From contig NC_068994.1 in assembly GCF_001194135.2 (NCBI RefSeq), positions 6,919,800 to 6,958,572 of the forward strand: a DNA stretch of 38,773 nt, given 5' to 3'. Source of the DNA: Octopus bimaculoides. Its lineage: Eukaryota. The notes beneath the pieces were generated by a model. It ran no database searches. It was given only the letters and a program-made list of their open reading frames with translations, and had not been told where the DNA came from. Below, one piece after another: positions 1-11,469 of the stretch. The translations under genes and the position numbers were made by a program. Every line of letters begins with the position of its first letter. The first letter of the stretch is position 1.

Positions 1-189
1 GAGTCAACACGTACAGAAGCGACGAGAGGGGGCATCCCTGACGGACCGAACGTGCAATGTCGAAGGGTCTTGATAGATGCCCATTGACGCGAACTACCGA
101 ACGGATGCCTCTGTACAAGGCAGCCATCCAGCCGCGGAAAATGGGACCGAAGCCGGCTGCTATGAGGACAGCCTCCAAGTATTGATGAG
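1..189 (-). pseudogene. 5'-truncated L1/Tx1-clade non-LTR retrotransposon reverse transcriptase fragment, running off the window start
   Basis: Manual minus-strand translation HQYLEAVLIAAGFGPIFRGWMAALYRGIRSVVRVNGHLSRPFDIARSVRQGCPLSSLLYVLT contains the RT motif (S/G)VRQGCPLS and the upstream GFG..F..W...LY / VNG..S pattern of L1/Tx1 RTs. The frame is open and CpG-rich. Not in the ORF track. Confidence 0.85.
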
Positions 190-250
190 ATAGATAGATA
201 GATTGGCAGATAAATTGATTGGTAGATATATATGGATAGGCAGATAGATA

Positions 251-335
251 CATTTCTTTTATTAGCCACACAGGGCTCAACGAAGATGGGACAAATACAA
301 TGTAGAGCTTTTCTTTTTGGGAGGGGGAAGGAAGG

Positions 336-377
<42 letters not shown>
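251..377 (-). mobile_element. Short retroelement 3'-end fragment (LINE-like 3' UTR with AATAAA) inserted in a GATA repeat
   Basis: Minus strand reads T42, then ccttcc...gttgagccctgtgtggctAATAAAagaaatg (TTTATT at 258-263). Flanked by the direct repeat GGCAGATAGATA at 239-250 and 378-389. Similar to the 3' tail of the SINE at 36621-36851. Confidence 0.55.
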
Positions 378-381
<4 letters not shown>

Positions 382-1020
382 GATAGATAGATGTTTAGGT
401 AGATAGATAGACAGATAGATGGTGAGGTAGATAGATAGACAGATAGTTAGGTAGATAGATAGACAGATGGTTAGGTAGATAGTTAAATAGATATGTAGAG
501 ACATAGGTGGATAGAGATATACACAAATGGATATATAGAGAGGTAGATAGATTGATAGATAGGTCGGAAAATAAATAGGTACAGAGATAGAGAGATGGAC
601 ATATTGATTATTAGATAGTCAAGTAGGTATGGAGGTAAGTAATTTGATAGATAGGTTGATTGATAAACAGACAGACATATAGAGAGTGATAGGTTGGACG
701 GTTGGTTAGTTGGTAAGAATGGAGGAGACAGGATTGTAGGTAGACATATAGATAGGGACACAGATAGACAGAAAAACAGGCAGGCAGGTCAGTTGGTTGA
801 TAGGTGGATAGGCAAGTAGGTAGGTAGGTTGTTGAGAAATGAAGGTAGATAAGGAGCTACAGAGATAGGTGTGTAGAATGATTGATAGATAGATATAAGA
901 TTAAGCTAGCTAGCTAACTAGCTAGATAAACAGGTAGATAGGCAGATAGTTAGATCAATAGACAGATAGCTAGAGGTAAGGTGTATGACAGACATACAGG
1001 CAGACAGCTAGATCAATAGA
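378..1020. repeat. Degenerate (GATA/GGTA/GACA)n purine-rich microsatellite field
   Basis: Tetranucleotide periodicity is visible throughout. Confidence 0.9.
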
Positions 1021-1169
1021 CAAAAAGATAGAGAGAACATAAACAAACAAAAAAACAACCAGTCATTGATAGGCAAAATAATGTGGGGGAGGACGGGTGA
1101 GTAGGGGGATGTGAAGTAGCAGCAGCAGCAGTTATAAGAAGACTGAGTTGAATATGAAGAGGTAGAGAT

Positions 1170-1780
1170 GTATGTGTGTGTAGAGGTGTGTGTGTGTGTG
1201 TCCGCGTGCAGAATGTGATTGTAGTAAGACAGAACAGATCACTGTTAAATATTGATTTTTTTCCTCTCCTCTTCCTCCTCCTCCTCCTCCCCTTCACCTC
1301 TTTTCTTACTTTTCTTTTTCGAGCTGAACTAACGAAAATCTGTTGGAATGTTTGGCAAGCTGATTTTTGGTTGGACTCTGTGGAGGTACTTGTGTGTGTG
1401 TGTACGTGTGGGCATGTATGTGTGTGTACGTGTGTGAGTATGTATGTGTGTGTACGTATGTGTGTATGTACGTGTGTGTACGTGTGTGTGTGTGTGTGTG
1501 TATGTACGTGTGTGTATGTGTATGTACATGTGTGTGTACGTGTGCAAGTGTGTATATGTAAGTATGTGTGTGTGTATGTACATGTGCATATGTGTATGTA
1601 TACCTGTCTGCAGGTGTGTGTGTTATTTCTATGTATGTGTGTGTGTGTTATCTCTGTGTCTGTCTGTGTGTTATCTCTGTCGGTATGTGTGTGTATTTTC
1701 TCTGTATGTATGAATGTGTGTTGCCGTGTGTGTGTATGTGTATAGCTGTGTATATGTATGTGTGTATGTGTGTGTAACAT
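1170..1780. repeat. Compound (TG)n/(TATG)n/(TACGTG)n microsatellite
   Basis: Direct reading; source of the His/Thr-rich and Cys/Val-rich spurious ORFs. Confidence 0.9.
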
Positions 1781-2042
1781 TTCATAGACATCTCGTAGGA
1801 CTGGCTGGCAACTGCTACACACACTTGTGGTCAGAGTGACATTGCTTGCTTGCTTGCTTGCATTCACACTTGCCTCCTTGCTTGCTAGCTAGCTAGCTGG
1901 CTTGATCGATTACCAATTCAGTCGGCTGCTTGACAGAGGGTAGGTGGGGTGGAAATTAAGGTATCTGATGAGGATGGCAACAAAGGTTACAGAGTGGGGG
2001 TGGGACAACAAGGTAAGAGTTAAAAACATGGACTCATTCATT

Positions 2043-2480
2043 GCTGTTGTTGTTGTTTAGCCGTTGGTCAGTCCTAATTGACCAGACCTATGATCAAAAG
2101 GTTTTCCTTCCATGGCTATTCCATCTATTCTTGTTAGATGCAGTGTATCTTTAATCCTATTATTCAATATGTTCTTCCATCTTTTAAGCTTGTGTAGCGC
2201 GGTTGCTATTTCTAGCAGATTGATAGACCATGTAATGGCTCTGAGTTGGCTACTAGACTCATAACTAAGCAGTGGTGGTGGTGGTGGGTGTTTAGCCCCA
2301 GGACAGCTCGGATCAAGCAGACCTACGACCAAAGGCATATTACCTATGATCTGTTTTTTGTCTTTTTTTTGTATATTTAGGACTTTTTTTTACATGTCCT
2401 TCCTTTCTTAAGGCAGTAAGGCGTCATTTGAAAGGGGTTTGGCTATTATTTCTTGAGAATGAGGCAACCACATAGAGGGT
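2043..2480 (-). mobile_element. Interspersed repeat family E fragments with a (CAA)n tail
   Basis: Motifs gttgttgtttagcc..cagacctatgatcaaa and ttggctattatttc recur at 5265-5420, 16820-17040, 19090-19300, 20420-20630 and 21020-21080. Confidence 0.5.
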
Positions 2481-2809
2481 TCATAATTCACTTGTAATTA
2501 TGTTGATGGTAATTGTGGTTGTAGGAGGATCCCCGTCCCCCTATACACCAGTGCTAATAGTGGTAGTGGTGGTAGTAGTGGTATTGGTGGTAGTAGTGGT
2601 GGAGGTGGTAGTAGTGGTGGTGATGCTTGTTTCCAAGAAATTGTTTTTATGAAAAAAATGGTAACAAAATGGGAAAGAGGTGGGGTGAGGAAGACAGTTA
2701 GACAAATGTGTGGATGGGAGGAGGGAGGGATTAGTGGTAGAAGGGTAGGATAGGGTAAGGGTAAATAGACAGGGTACGTGGATGAGGTAGATGGGTAGAG
2801 AGAGAGAAA

Positions 2810-3527
2810 GAGATGCATTAAGAGTTTCATAGATAGATAGATAGATAGATAGATAAAAAAGAGAGACAGACAGACAGACAGACAGAGAGGAAGGGGGGAG
2901 GAGGAGGAGGAGAGAGAGTAAATGAGTTTAGGTAGAGAAAACAAGTTGAGAAAGTTGATGTGTTATTAAGTATAGGATGAAAGATAGGTGAGTAGACAGG
3001 TAAGTTGGTAGGTAGACAGGTTGGTAAATAGGTTGGAAAATAGGTTGGAAAATAGGTTGGAAAATAGGTTGGAAAATAGGTAGATAGGTAGCTGGATATG
3101 TTAGGTTGTAGGAGGTACTTATGTACGTATGTATGTATGTGTTTATGTGCGTATGTATGTATGTGTGTGTGTGTGTGGATGTATGTATGATGTATGTGTG
3201 TGCATATGTATGTATGTATGTATATGCATGTATGTCTTTATTCAGTTTTATTTCAAGATTTCTTGCCAAGAGAGAAAGAACCGGTTTCTAACCCAGATCG
3301 AAGTCTTCTTCATTGGAAATTCAACACCAACATGGATGGAGGTAAATTGGTTGATAGGTAAGTAGATAGGTAGATAAGTAGGTAAATAGGTTGGAAAGTA
3401 GCTTGCTGGAGAGGTAGATAGCTTTATAGGTTATATAGGTAGACAGATAGGTAGCTGGATAGATTTATAGGTAAGTATCAATAGGGAGATAGGCAGAGTG
3501 GTGGGTGTGGATAGGTCAGTGGGAAGT
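2810..3527. repeat. Degenerate GATA/GGTA/TATG microsatellites, including a 13-bp AAAATAGGTTGGA tandem near 3025-3080
   Basis: Direct reading. Confidence 0.8.
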
Positions 3528-3700
3528 ATCATCATCATCATCATCATCATCGTCGTTTAAACGTCCGCTTTCCATGCTAGCATGGGTTGGACGATTCGAC
3601 TGAGGACTGGTGAAACTGGATGGCAACACCAGGCTCCAATCTAATTTGGCAGAGTTTCTACAGCTGGATGCCCTTCCTAACGCCAACCACTCAGAGTGTA
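3528..3700 (-). mobile_element. Retroposon family A, 3' part with (GAT)n tail
   Basis: catcatcgtttaacgtccgctttccatgctagcatgggttggacg...ggatgcccttcctaacgccaacc is nearly identical to 4157-4467 and 34098-34309. Confidence 0.85.
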
Positions 3701-4156
3701 CATATATATATATATAGTAGGAAGTAAATAGAAGGATAAGTGTGTGTGTGTGTGAGGGGGTAGGTAGGTATGAATGTAAATAGGTAGGTTGATATGCAGG
3801 TAGTTATGTAGGTGGGCTAGTAGGTAGAAAGGTTGATAGGCGGGTCCAGAAATACAGGTAGGTAAGTAGCTAAGTTGGTATAAATGTATATATTGTCAAG
3901 CCGAGAGGCAGGTAAATAAATATCTCGTTGCCTGACAAGACAGCTGATCAGCTAGCTAGTTAACTGCTCAACTGGCTAGAAGGTTGACCAGCTGAATGTG
4001 TGTATGTATGTATGTATGTATATGTAAGTATGTATGTATATATCATATATATGCAAACACACGTATAAATACATATACATACATATACATTCACATATAT
4101 ATATATATATACGCATACAAACACACACGTATAAATACATATATACATATACATAT

Positions 4157-4467
4157 ATCATCATCATCATCATCGTTTAACGTCCGCTTTCCATGCTAGC
4201 ATGGGTTGGACGATTTGACTGAGGACTGGGGAAACCGGATGGCAACACCAGGCTCCAATCTAATTTGGCAGAGTTTCTACAGCTGGATGCCCTTCCTAAC
4301 GCCAACCACTCAGAGAGTGTAGTGGGTGCTTTTACGTGTCACCCGCACGAAAATGGCCACGCTCGAAATGGTGTCTTTTATGTGCCACCCGCACAAGCCA
4401 GTCCAGGGGCACTGGCAACGATCTCACTCGAAAATCCTACGGGAGCCAGTCAGGCGGTACTGGCAAC
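4157..4467 (-). mobile_element. Retroposon family A, longer copy running into a gap
   Basis: Same sequence as 3528-3700 plus an upstream extension shared with 34098-34309. Confidence 0.85.
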
Positions 4468-5053
4468 NNNNNNNNNNNNNNNNNNNNNNNNNNNNNNNNN
4501 NNNNNNNNNNNNNNNNNNNNNNNNNNNNNNNNNNNNNNNNNNNNNNNNNNNNNNNNNNNNNNNNNNNNNNNNNNNNNNNNNNNNNNNNNNNNNNNNNNNN
4601 NNNNNNNNNNNNNNNNNNNNNNNNNNNNNNNNNNNNNNNNNNNNNNNNNNNNNNNNNNNNNNNNNNNNNNNNNNNNNNNNNNNNNNNNNNNNNNNNNNNN
4701 NNNNNNNNNNNNNNNNNNNNNNNNNNNNNNNNNNNNNNNNNNNNNNNNNNNNNNNNNNNNNNNNNNNNNNNNNNNNNNNNNNNNNNNNNNNNNNNNNNNN
4801 NNNNNNNNNNNNNNNNNNNNNNNNNNNNNNNNNNNNNNNNNNNNNNNNNNNNNNNNNNNNNNNNNNNNNNNNNNNNNNNNNNNNNNNNNNNNNNNNNNNN
4901 NNNNNNNNNNNNNNNNNNNNNNNNNNNNNNNNNNNNNNNNNNNNNNNNNNNNNNNNNNNNNNNNNNNNNNNNNNNNNNNNNNNNNNNNNNNNNNNNNNNN
5001 NNNNNNNNNNNNNNNNNNNNNNNNNNNNNNNNNNNNNNNNNNNNNNNNNNNNN
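4468..5053. other. Assembly gap (586 N)
   Basis: N run. Confidence 1.
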
Positions 5054-5098
<45 letters not shown>

Positions 5099-5704
5099 TA
5101 TGTATGCATACACACACTCACATGTACAAACATATACCGCAGTCTTTATATAGTAGTATAAAAGTGACAATATAAAATGTAGCAGAAGTGGAAATATTCA
5201 AGGCTTCAGAATTTAATAATAACAATAATAGTAGTAGTAGCAGCAGCAGCAATAAGCAGACATGATGATTGTGCTGACCTACGGTCAAAGAGATTCCAGC
5301 CATGACCATATTACCTAACAACATTATCAACTGTGTCCCTTTTTTTTTTAAGGTTAGTAGGTCATTATTTTGAGGGAGATTTGGCTGCTATTCCTAGCAG
5401 AACGATCACTCATCTAAGGGCCCTTTCAGCGTAAGAGCCCCCTCACTTCAATTCCCAGCTTGCTGATGCTGATGAAATACATACCAGTTATACACTAAGT
5501 TCACTCGACCGTTCCCTCTCCGCATCTCATCAGCATAAATTAACCCAGATTTGGCAAAAATCAGCATAAATTATCTCAGATTTCACAGAAGTGTTTGGGT
5601 GTCGAATATTCTTTATATTTTTATATTTTTGAGTATTTATTTTGAATCCTTTCTGTCTTCAGTTCAAGTTCTCTTTGAGTTTGGTCAAGTTTACCTACCC
5701 ACGT

Positions 5705-7340
5705 GTTTATCCCTATTATCTTATTTTTAGCATTAAGTTCAGTGTTTAATATTCTTTTCCACTCTGGGCACAAGGCCCAAAAATTTTGGGGGAAGGGGGG
5801 GGCAGTCGATTAGATTGACCCCAGTACTTGACAGGTACTTATTTAATCGACCCCCAAAAGGATGAAAGGCAAAGTCGACCTCAGCAGAATTTGAACTCAG
5901 AACATAAAGACAGACAAAATACCGCTAAGCATTTCATCCGGTGTGCTAACATTTCTGCTAGCTCACCACCTTCAGTGTTTAATATTAGTCTAACTCTTCT
6001 CTAATACTCGCTCCTAATTTTCTCTTTCATTTCTGTGTGATGTATTTTGGCTGTTTCTTCTCTTCCTGGATATTCGTATGGGCAGTTGTGGTCTAATTCT
6101 CTAATTTCTGTGTCTATGTCGAGTGCAGTGTTTTCAGGGCTGAATAATTTGCCTCTTCTCAGTGTGACCCCAGCATATTTGTCCAACCCCATGCTCATTC
6201 CACTGTCATTGCTGAAACTCTGAACAATTTTGATAAGGTTTCTCTCTTCCATGGTGCTTTTAGTGTAAATTTTAGGTCATCCATGTACAGGTGATGGCTT
6301 ATTTTTTGTCTGTAGCACTTATAACCCATGGTGGTTTCATTTAACAAGTTTGTTAGCAGGGTCAGAGAAAGGCAGAAAATCAGGGGTGACAGTGAGTCCC
6401 TTGGAAAATCCCTCTTCTTATGGGTATAGTGTAGGTTTTAATAACTTGTAAGTCATTTTTTAATGTTTTACTGGTTTTCTAGTTTGTCATTGTATGTTTA
6501 ATATATTTTAGTAGTGGAGGGGCTACCTTATCTGTGTGGAGAGATTCCAGTATCCATGAGTTTGGAACACTGTCGAATGCCTTCTGGTAATCAATCCAAG
6601 TCATGTTCAGGTTTGTCTTTCTCCTCTTACAATCCTCTATAATTGCTCAGTTTACCAGAAGTTGCTCCTTACAGCCATATATCCTTTTCCGGCACCGTTT
6701 TTGTTCTTCTGGTAAGACATTGCTGTTTTCCAGGTGCCTTATAAGCCAGTTATAGATGAGTGATGTTAGGGTTTTGTGGGATGTTGACAGGCACATTATT
6801 GGTCTGTAATCTTGTGGGTGTATGGTATCTTTGCTTTGGGGAATTAAAGTGGTTTGCCCTTCCAGTATCCAGTTTGGTGTTGATTCTGGCTCACTTATCA
6901 ATAAACCGAACACTGCCGCTAAGTGGTTATGGGAACTGGTGAGGTGTTTCAACCAGAAGTAGGGAATCTTGTCTATCCCTGGAGTTTTCCAGTTGCTAGT
7001 ACTCCTCCTCAGTGTGTCCATGGTCTCTTGGCCAGTGTTGGTGGCCCATATCTGTTGTTCTATTGTGTTCTTCCTTTACTTTTCCCTAATAATCCACTGA
7101 GCATTTTTGTCGTATTTTTTTTTGGTTTGCTCTATATTGTTTCCCAATATGACTGATTCACTGATGCTGTTGGCCCAGCATCTACTGACATAGTTTTTTT
7201 GTTTAACATTTTATAAAAACTTTTTGGGTTTATTTTGAATCCTCTATTTTGTTGGAAGAAGCAAGTTTTTCCTGTTATACCCTGTTTAATTTTTTCTTTT
7301 ACCTTACAAGTATCTTCTTTATTTTTTATGTTGTATTGTT
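5705..7340 (-). pseudogene. Decayed R4/Dong-type non-LTR retrotransposon RT region, interrupted by a SINE
   Basis: Minus-strand motifs appear in order: KTPGIDKIP..W, DYRPIMCL, EEQK..GCKEQLLVN, NLNMTWIDYQKAFDSVP (~6565-6615), RGIFQG/DSLSPLIFC (~6370-6420, frameshift), HLYMDDLK (YMDD at 6276-6287), SNDSGMSMGLDKYA...RRGK, KEKIRSEY*RRVRLILNTELNAKNKIIGINT. Multiple stops and frameshifts. Confidence 0.85.
5754..5970 (-). mobile_element. tRNA-headed SINE family B, full length, 16-bp TSD
   Basis: TSD TTCAGTGTTTAATATT at 5738-5753 and 5971-5986. Body matches 7368-7562, 28833-29011 and 36463-36929; B-box-like GAGTTCAAATTC. Confidence 0.9.
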
Positions 7341-7367
7341 TTGTTATATGGGCTTTATTATTATTAA

Positions 7368-7562
7368 GGCAGCGAGCTGGCAGAATCATTAGCACACAGG
7401 GCAAAATGCTTAGTGGCATTTCATCCATTTTTACATTCTGAGTTCAAATTCCACCAAGGTCAACCTTGCATTTCATCCACTCAGGGTCAATAAATCAAGC
7501 ACCAGTGAAACACTGGGGTCGATGTAATCGACTAGTCCCCTCCCACCAAATTTCAGGCCTAT
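7368..7562 (+). mobile_element. SINE family B
   Basis: ggcagcgagctggcagaatc...tctgagttcaaattcc...ggggtcgatgtaatcgac, followed by (ATT)n. Confidence 0.85.
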
Positions 7563-7724
7563 TCAGGATTATTATTATTATTATTATTATTATCATTATA
7601 GATATTGCACAGTAAACAATATCATAATGTTGTTCATTGAAGATGTTGTGTCTACCAGGGGTTGGTACTTCCTTATTACTCCTATCACCACCAGCATGAT
7701 GACCACCACCACCATCATCATTGT

Positions 7725-7845
7725 CATGGATTAGTAGTATCAGACAAAATGTTCTGCAGTATTTCCTCCGATTCTTAACATTGTGAGTTCAAATCCTATT
7801 TAAGGTCAGCTTCACATTTGATCCCTCTGGGGGTTGGTACACTGG
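7725..7845 (+). mobile_element. Old, diverged SINE family B fragment
   Basis: gtgagttcaaatcc...aggtcagcttcacatttgatccctctgggg aligns loosely to family B. Confidence 0.5.
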
Positions 7846-8049
7846 AGAACCAATGAAGAACCAGTCAAGTAGTGGGGAGGCGGGGTTGGGGTTGGTGGTC
7901 AATGGCATTGAGTAACCCTCTTCTCTCAGATTTGAGCGGCTTTGAGCTGAATTTAGAAACCATTAATATGAAGAGGGAGAGAGAGAAAGAGAGAGAAAGA
8001 AAGAGAGAGAGAGGGAAAGCAAGAGAAAGAGAGAGAGGGATGGGTATAA

Positions 8050-8530
8050 ATGAAAATGATTTGAGTAACGAGTTTGCAGGCATATACATATGAAAAATGG
8101 TTATGTTTTTGTGCATATATGTACGCACATGTGTATATATATATATGTATATGTATATGTATGCATGTATGTATATATGTACATATATATGTGTGTGTGT
8201 GTATATATATATAAATGTATGTATGTATATATATGTGTATATATATAATGTCCCACCCATGCTAGGATGGAAAACGGATGCTAAACGATGATGACATATA
8301 TATGTATACACACACATATATATCATATACATACATATGTAAATTCATGTACATATGTATCTATCTATCTATGTATATGTATGTTTACATATATGTATGT
8401 ATGAATATGTGTATGTATCTAAGTATGTATAAATGTATGTATATACCTATGTGTGTATAAATGTATCTATGTATGTATGTTAGTATGTATGCATGTGTAT
8501 ATGTTTGTATGTTAGTATATATGTGTATAT

Positions 8531-8560
<30 letters not shown>
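8050..8560. repeat. (TA)n/(TATG)n/(TG)n microsatellites with a short family A tail at ~8228-8294 (+)
   Basis: Direct reading; ccacccatgctaggatggaaaacggatgctaaacgatgatgac is the family A 3' end. Confidence 0.75.
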
Positions 8561-8567
<7 letters not shown>

Positions 8568-9069
8568 CTTGTTTTGAAATGTGGGACAATAAGCAAGTAT
8601 ACACCAGTGAAAGGGAGGTGACCGTTGAGTTGTTTGTGAGTGTTATACCATATAAGGCAATGATACACACATGTTTTGTCCCAAGTGCACAAAAATTGAT
8701 GCTTGCACATTGCAGAGCACTGCAAATGCAGGTGCTTTACTCTGTGTGTATTGGAGTGGCCCAGTTGATCTGTTAACGAGCTGGGCTTTAATGATTGTGC
8801 ATAAACAAGCGCGTTAATACACACACTGATGTGCGAGCATAAACATGTACCAATGCATGCTTTTTCTTGGGTGTACGCGTAAAGGAAACACTGCGAAAGT
8901 AACACACGTACAGATACACGTGTGTGCATGCACACACACACATATACACACCTGTAGAATTCATAATTTCTTGAGAAATGATACTACCAATATATAGATT
9001 TTTCCAAAGCCCATAGATCTACTCACATATTCGTTTCATTATATATACATTATATATACATATATATAT

Positions 9070-9120
9070 TTATAAATATACAGGGATTAGCAATTGATGC
9101 TAATCCCTGTATATTTATAA
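9070..9120. repeat. Perfect 23-bp inverted repeat with a 5-nt loop
   Basis: TTATAAATATACAGGGATTAGCA (9070-9092), attga, TGCTAATCCCTGTATATTTATAA (9098-9120). Confidence 0.95.
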
Positions 9121-9219
9121 TGATAAATAGTTTTACCGATAGAGGTTTTTTTCATACTGAACTACTTGGCAAAATTGTTAATTATTAATTCTATTATTAA
9201 TTGACGATTCTCTGCCCTT

Positions 9220-9226
9220 ATTCTTG

Positions 9227-9259
<33 letters not shown>

Positions 9260-10453
9260 GCATATATATACAGATATATATATATATATATAGATGTATA
9301 TATACATACATTTACACACGTTTGTGTGTGTATATATATATACACACACACACACATAGTTAAGCAAAAGGACACATACACATTGCTACATCTATATATC
9401 TCTCCTATTTAACATATATATATATACTCACACACACACACATATATATGTATGTATATATATATATATGCCTGAGTGTGTACACATACACACAAAAACA
9501 CAAATACACACACATACATCCAAACTGATATATATATATCCACACATATGTATCTATACTCACAAACATCTATACATACATATATATAATATATATACAT
9601 GTGCATGTATATACATACATCTCTCTCTCTCACTATATATATATATATATATATACATACATGCGCGTGTACACACATACCAGTCTTGTACAATCACACC
9701 CACACACATTCACGTAAACATATATACATACAAATACAAGTACACACAAATTTCTGCAAATATTCCCTCCCAAATTAAGACATCATACCATATATGGAAA
9801 TGTGGTAGACAAACATAATCTCACATTGTTGCTTGACTCCCCAATAGGCACCTCCCCTTATTACTATCCTGCAAAGTAAGCTCCACCCCTCCTTTGATTT
9901 TTACTTCTCATCTACTCTCTTTCTCTCTCTCTTCTACCATCCCCTGTCTCCAACTCACCTTACGTTTCATTTCCATTCTCCCATTCTTTCTCTGTATATC
10001 TGTTTCTCCCCCTCTCTGTCTGCCTATCTCTCTCACACACAAACATATCTCCTCTTTCTGCTCCTCTTACTGTTTACCATTCTATGTTTATCCACACACC
10101 TCCCCTTCACCTATGCTACCCCCATCTCTTTTCATACACTCACATACTCTCTCTCCCTCCCTATCCATCTCCCTCTCTCCTTCTTCCCTTCCTTATCAAC
10201 TTCAACCATTCATATAACACCCTCTCCTTCCCCAGCACTCAACACCACAACAGCCACAGATGCCTTCTGAAATCTTTTATTTTCAAATTTTTAAATAAAA
10301 TTCTAAACTGCTCTCCCTCTCTCCTTTTCCTCATTTTCTTCCTTGTTCTCACACTTTCACTTTCACATCACATCTATCTGTCTGCCTGTTTGTCATTATC
10401 TTGAACTCATTTTCATTCTCTATACACACACAATCACTAACACATATATGCAT

Positions 10454-10525
<72 letters not shown>

Positions 10526-10798
10526 ATGCACACAGACATACATATACGCATGTATAAATACCCATATATGAGTATATGTATGAAATTAATATGTACACAA
10601 TCACACACATACATACACACAGATGTATATGTTTATTTATTGGCATGAAAATATATCCATAAACATATTTCCTACAATTAGATATCACTCTACATGGTTA
10701 AATGTTAAATGCATGTGTTTGATAAACATATATTGTGTTTTGTATCTATGGATAGCCACATACATGTGTGTGTTTCTATACATGGGTGTTTATGTGTG

Positions 10799-10829
<31 letters not shown>

Positions 10830-10972
10830 GTGCGTGTGTGTGTATATTTATATACGTATGTATATGTATATATGTGTATACATATATATATATGTGTGTA
10901 TGACATGTATAATATATATGTGTTAATTAAATTAAATTAATATCCAATTTATCACCCTTATTATTATTTAAA

Positions 10973-11025
<53 letters not shown>

Positions 11026-11030
11026 AGATA
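9220..11030. repeat. Mosaic of (TA)n, (CA)n, (CATA)n and a pyrimidine-rich CT tract (~9890-10400)
   Basis: Direct reading. Confidence 0.8.
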
Positions 11031-11035
11031 TAAAA

Positions 11036-11210
11036 GGAGCACTCAGTCGCTTACGACGTCGAGGGTTCCAGTTGATCCGATCAACAGAACAGCCTGCTCA
11101 TGAAATTAACGTGTAAGTGGCTGAGCACTCCACAGACACGTGTACCCTTAAAGTAGTTCTCAGGGAGATCCAGTGTGATACAGAGTGTGAGAAGGCTGGC
11201 CCTTTGAAAA
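11036..11210 (-). mobile_element. SINE family F, 3' half, joined to a family C-like tail and poly(A) on + (to ~11268)
   Basis: cagcctgctcatgaaattaacgtg..ctccacagacacgtgtacccttaa..ggctggccctttgaaa matches 24421-24545. Confidence 0.75.
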
Positions 11211-11324
11211 ATGCACGGTGGTGCATCAGCATGGCCGCAGCTCTAAGCTGAAACTATAAAAAAAAAAATTTTTTTTTAAATGTATATATATATATATGGG
11301 AGAATTTACGAAAAAAAAAAACAA

Positions 11325-11367
11325 NNNNNNNNNNNNNNNNNNNNNNNNNNNNNNNNNNNNNNNNNNN
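11325..11367. other. Assembly gap (43 N)
   Basis: N run. Confidence 1.
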
Positions 11368-11434
11368 CAGACGAGGACAGGTGGGGTAAACAACAGATGG
11401 ATGTATTAGTTTAACGCTCGGGAATAGAGAAAGT

Positions 11435-11469
11435 CTTTGACGTTTCGAGCTACGCTCTTCAACTGAAAG
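11435..11469 (-). ncRNA. Decayed minimal type-I hammerhead-like motif in a Penelope-like terminal repeat
   Basis: Minus strand: cttt CAGUUGA A GAGC-gua-GCUC GAAA CGUC aaag. Stems I and II, GAAA and the GUC site are intact; the core has two changes from CUGANGA. Confidence 0.55.

Noticed and set aside
277-1867. Long ORFs rich in IYLS, HT, CV or YI dipeptides, here and throughout the window
   Set aside because: They are translations of GATA, CA/TG and TA microsatellites, which lack stops by composition; no domain content.
3528-4330. Two near-identical family A copies ~630 bp apart as a local segmental duplication
   Set aside because: Flanks are not shared and a similar copy lies at 34098; independent insertions of a young family explain it.
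4265-5175. 200-350-aa ORFs spanning N runs (also 12243-13313, 34113-34711, 37704-38196)
   Set aside because: Their length comes from X residues in assembly gaps.
5466-5536. ATGCTGATGA...TCATCAGCAT inverted pair as a hammerhead or C/D snoRNA
   Set aside because: No GAAA after a stem II on either strand and no terminal D box; only a 10-bp inverted repeat.
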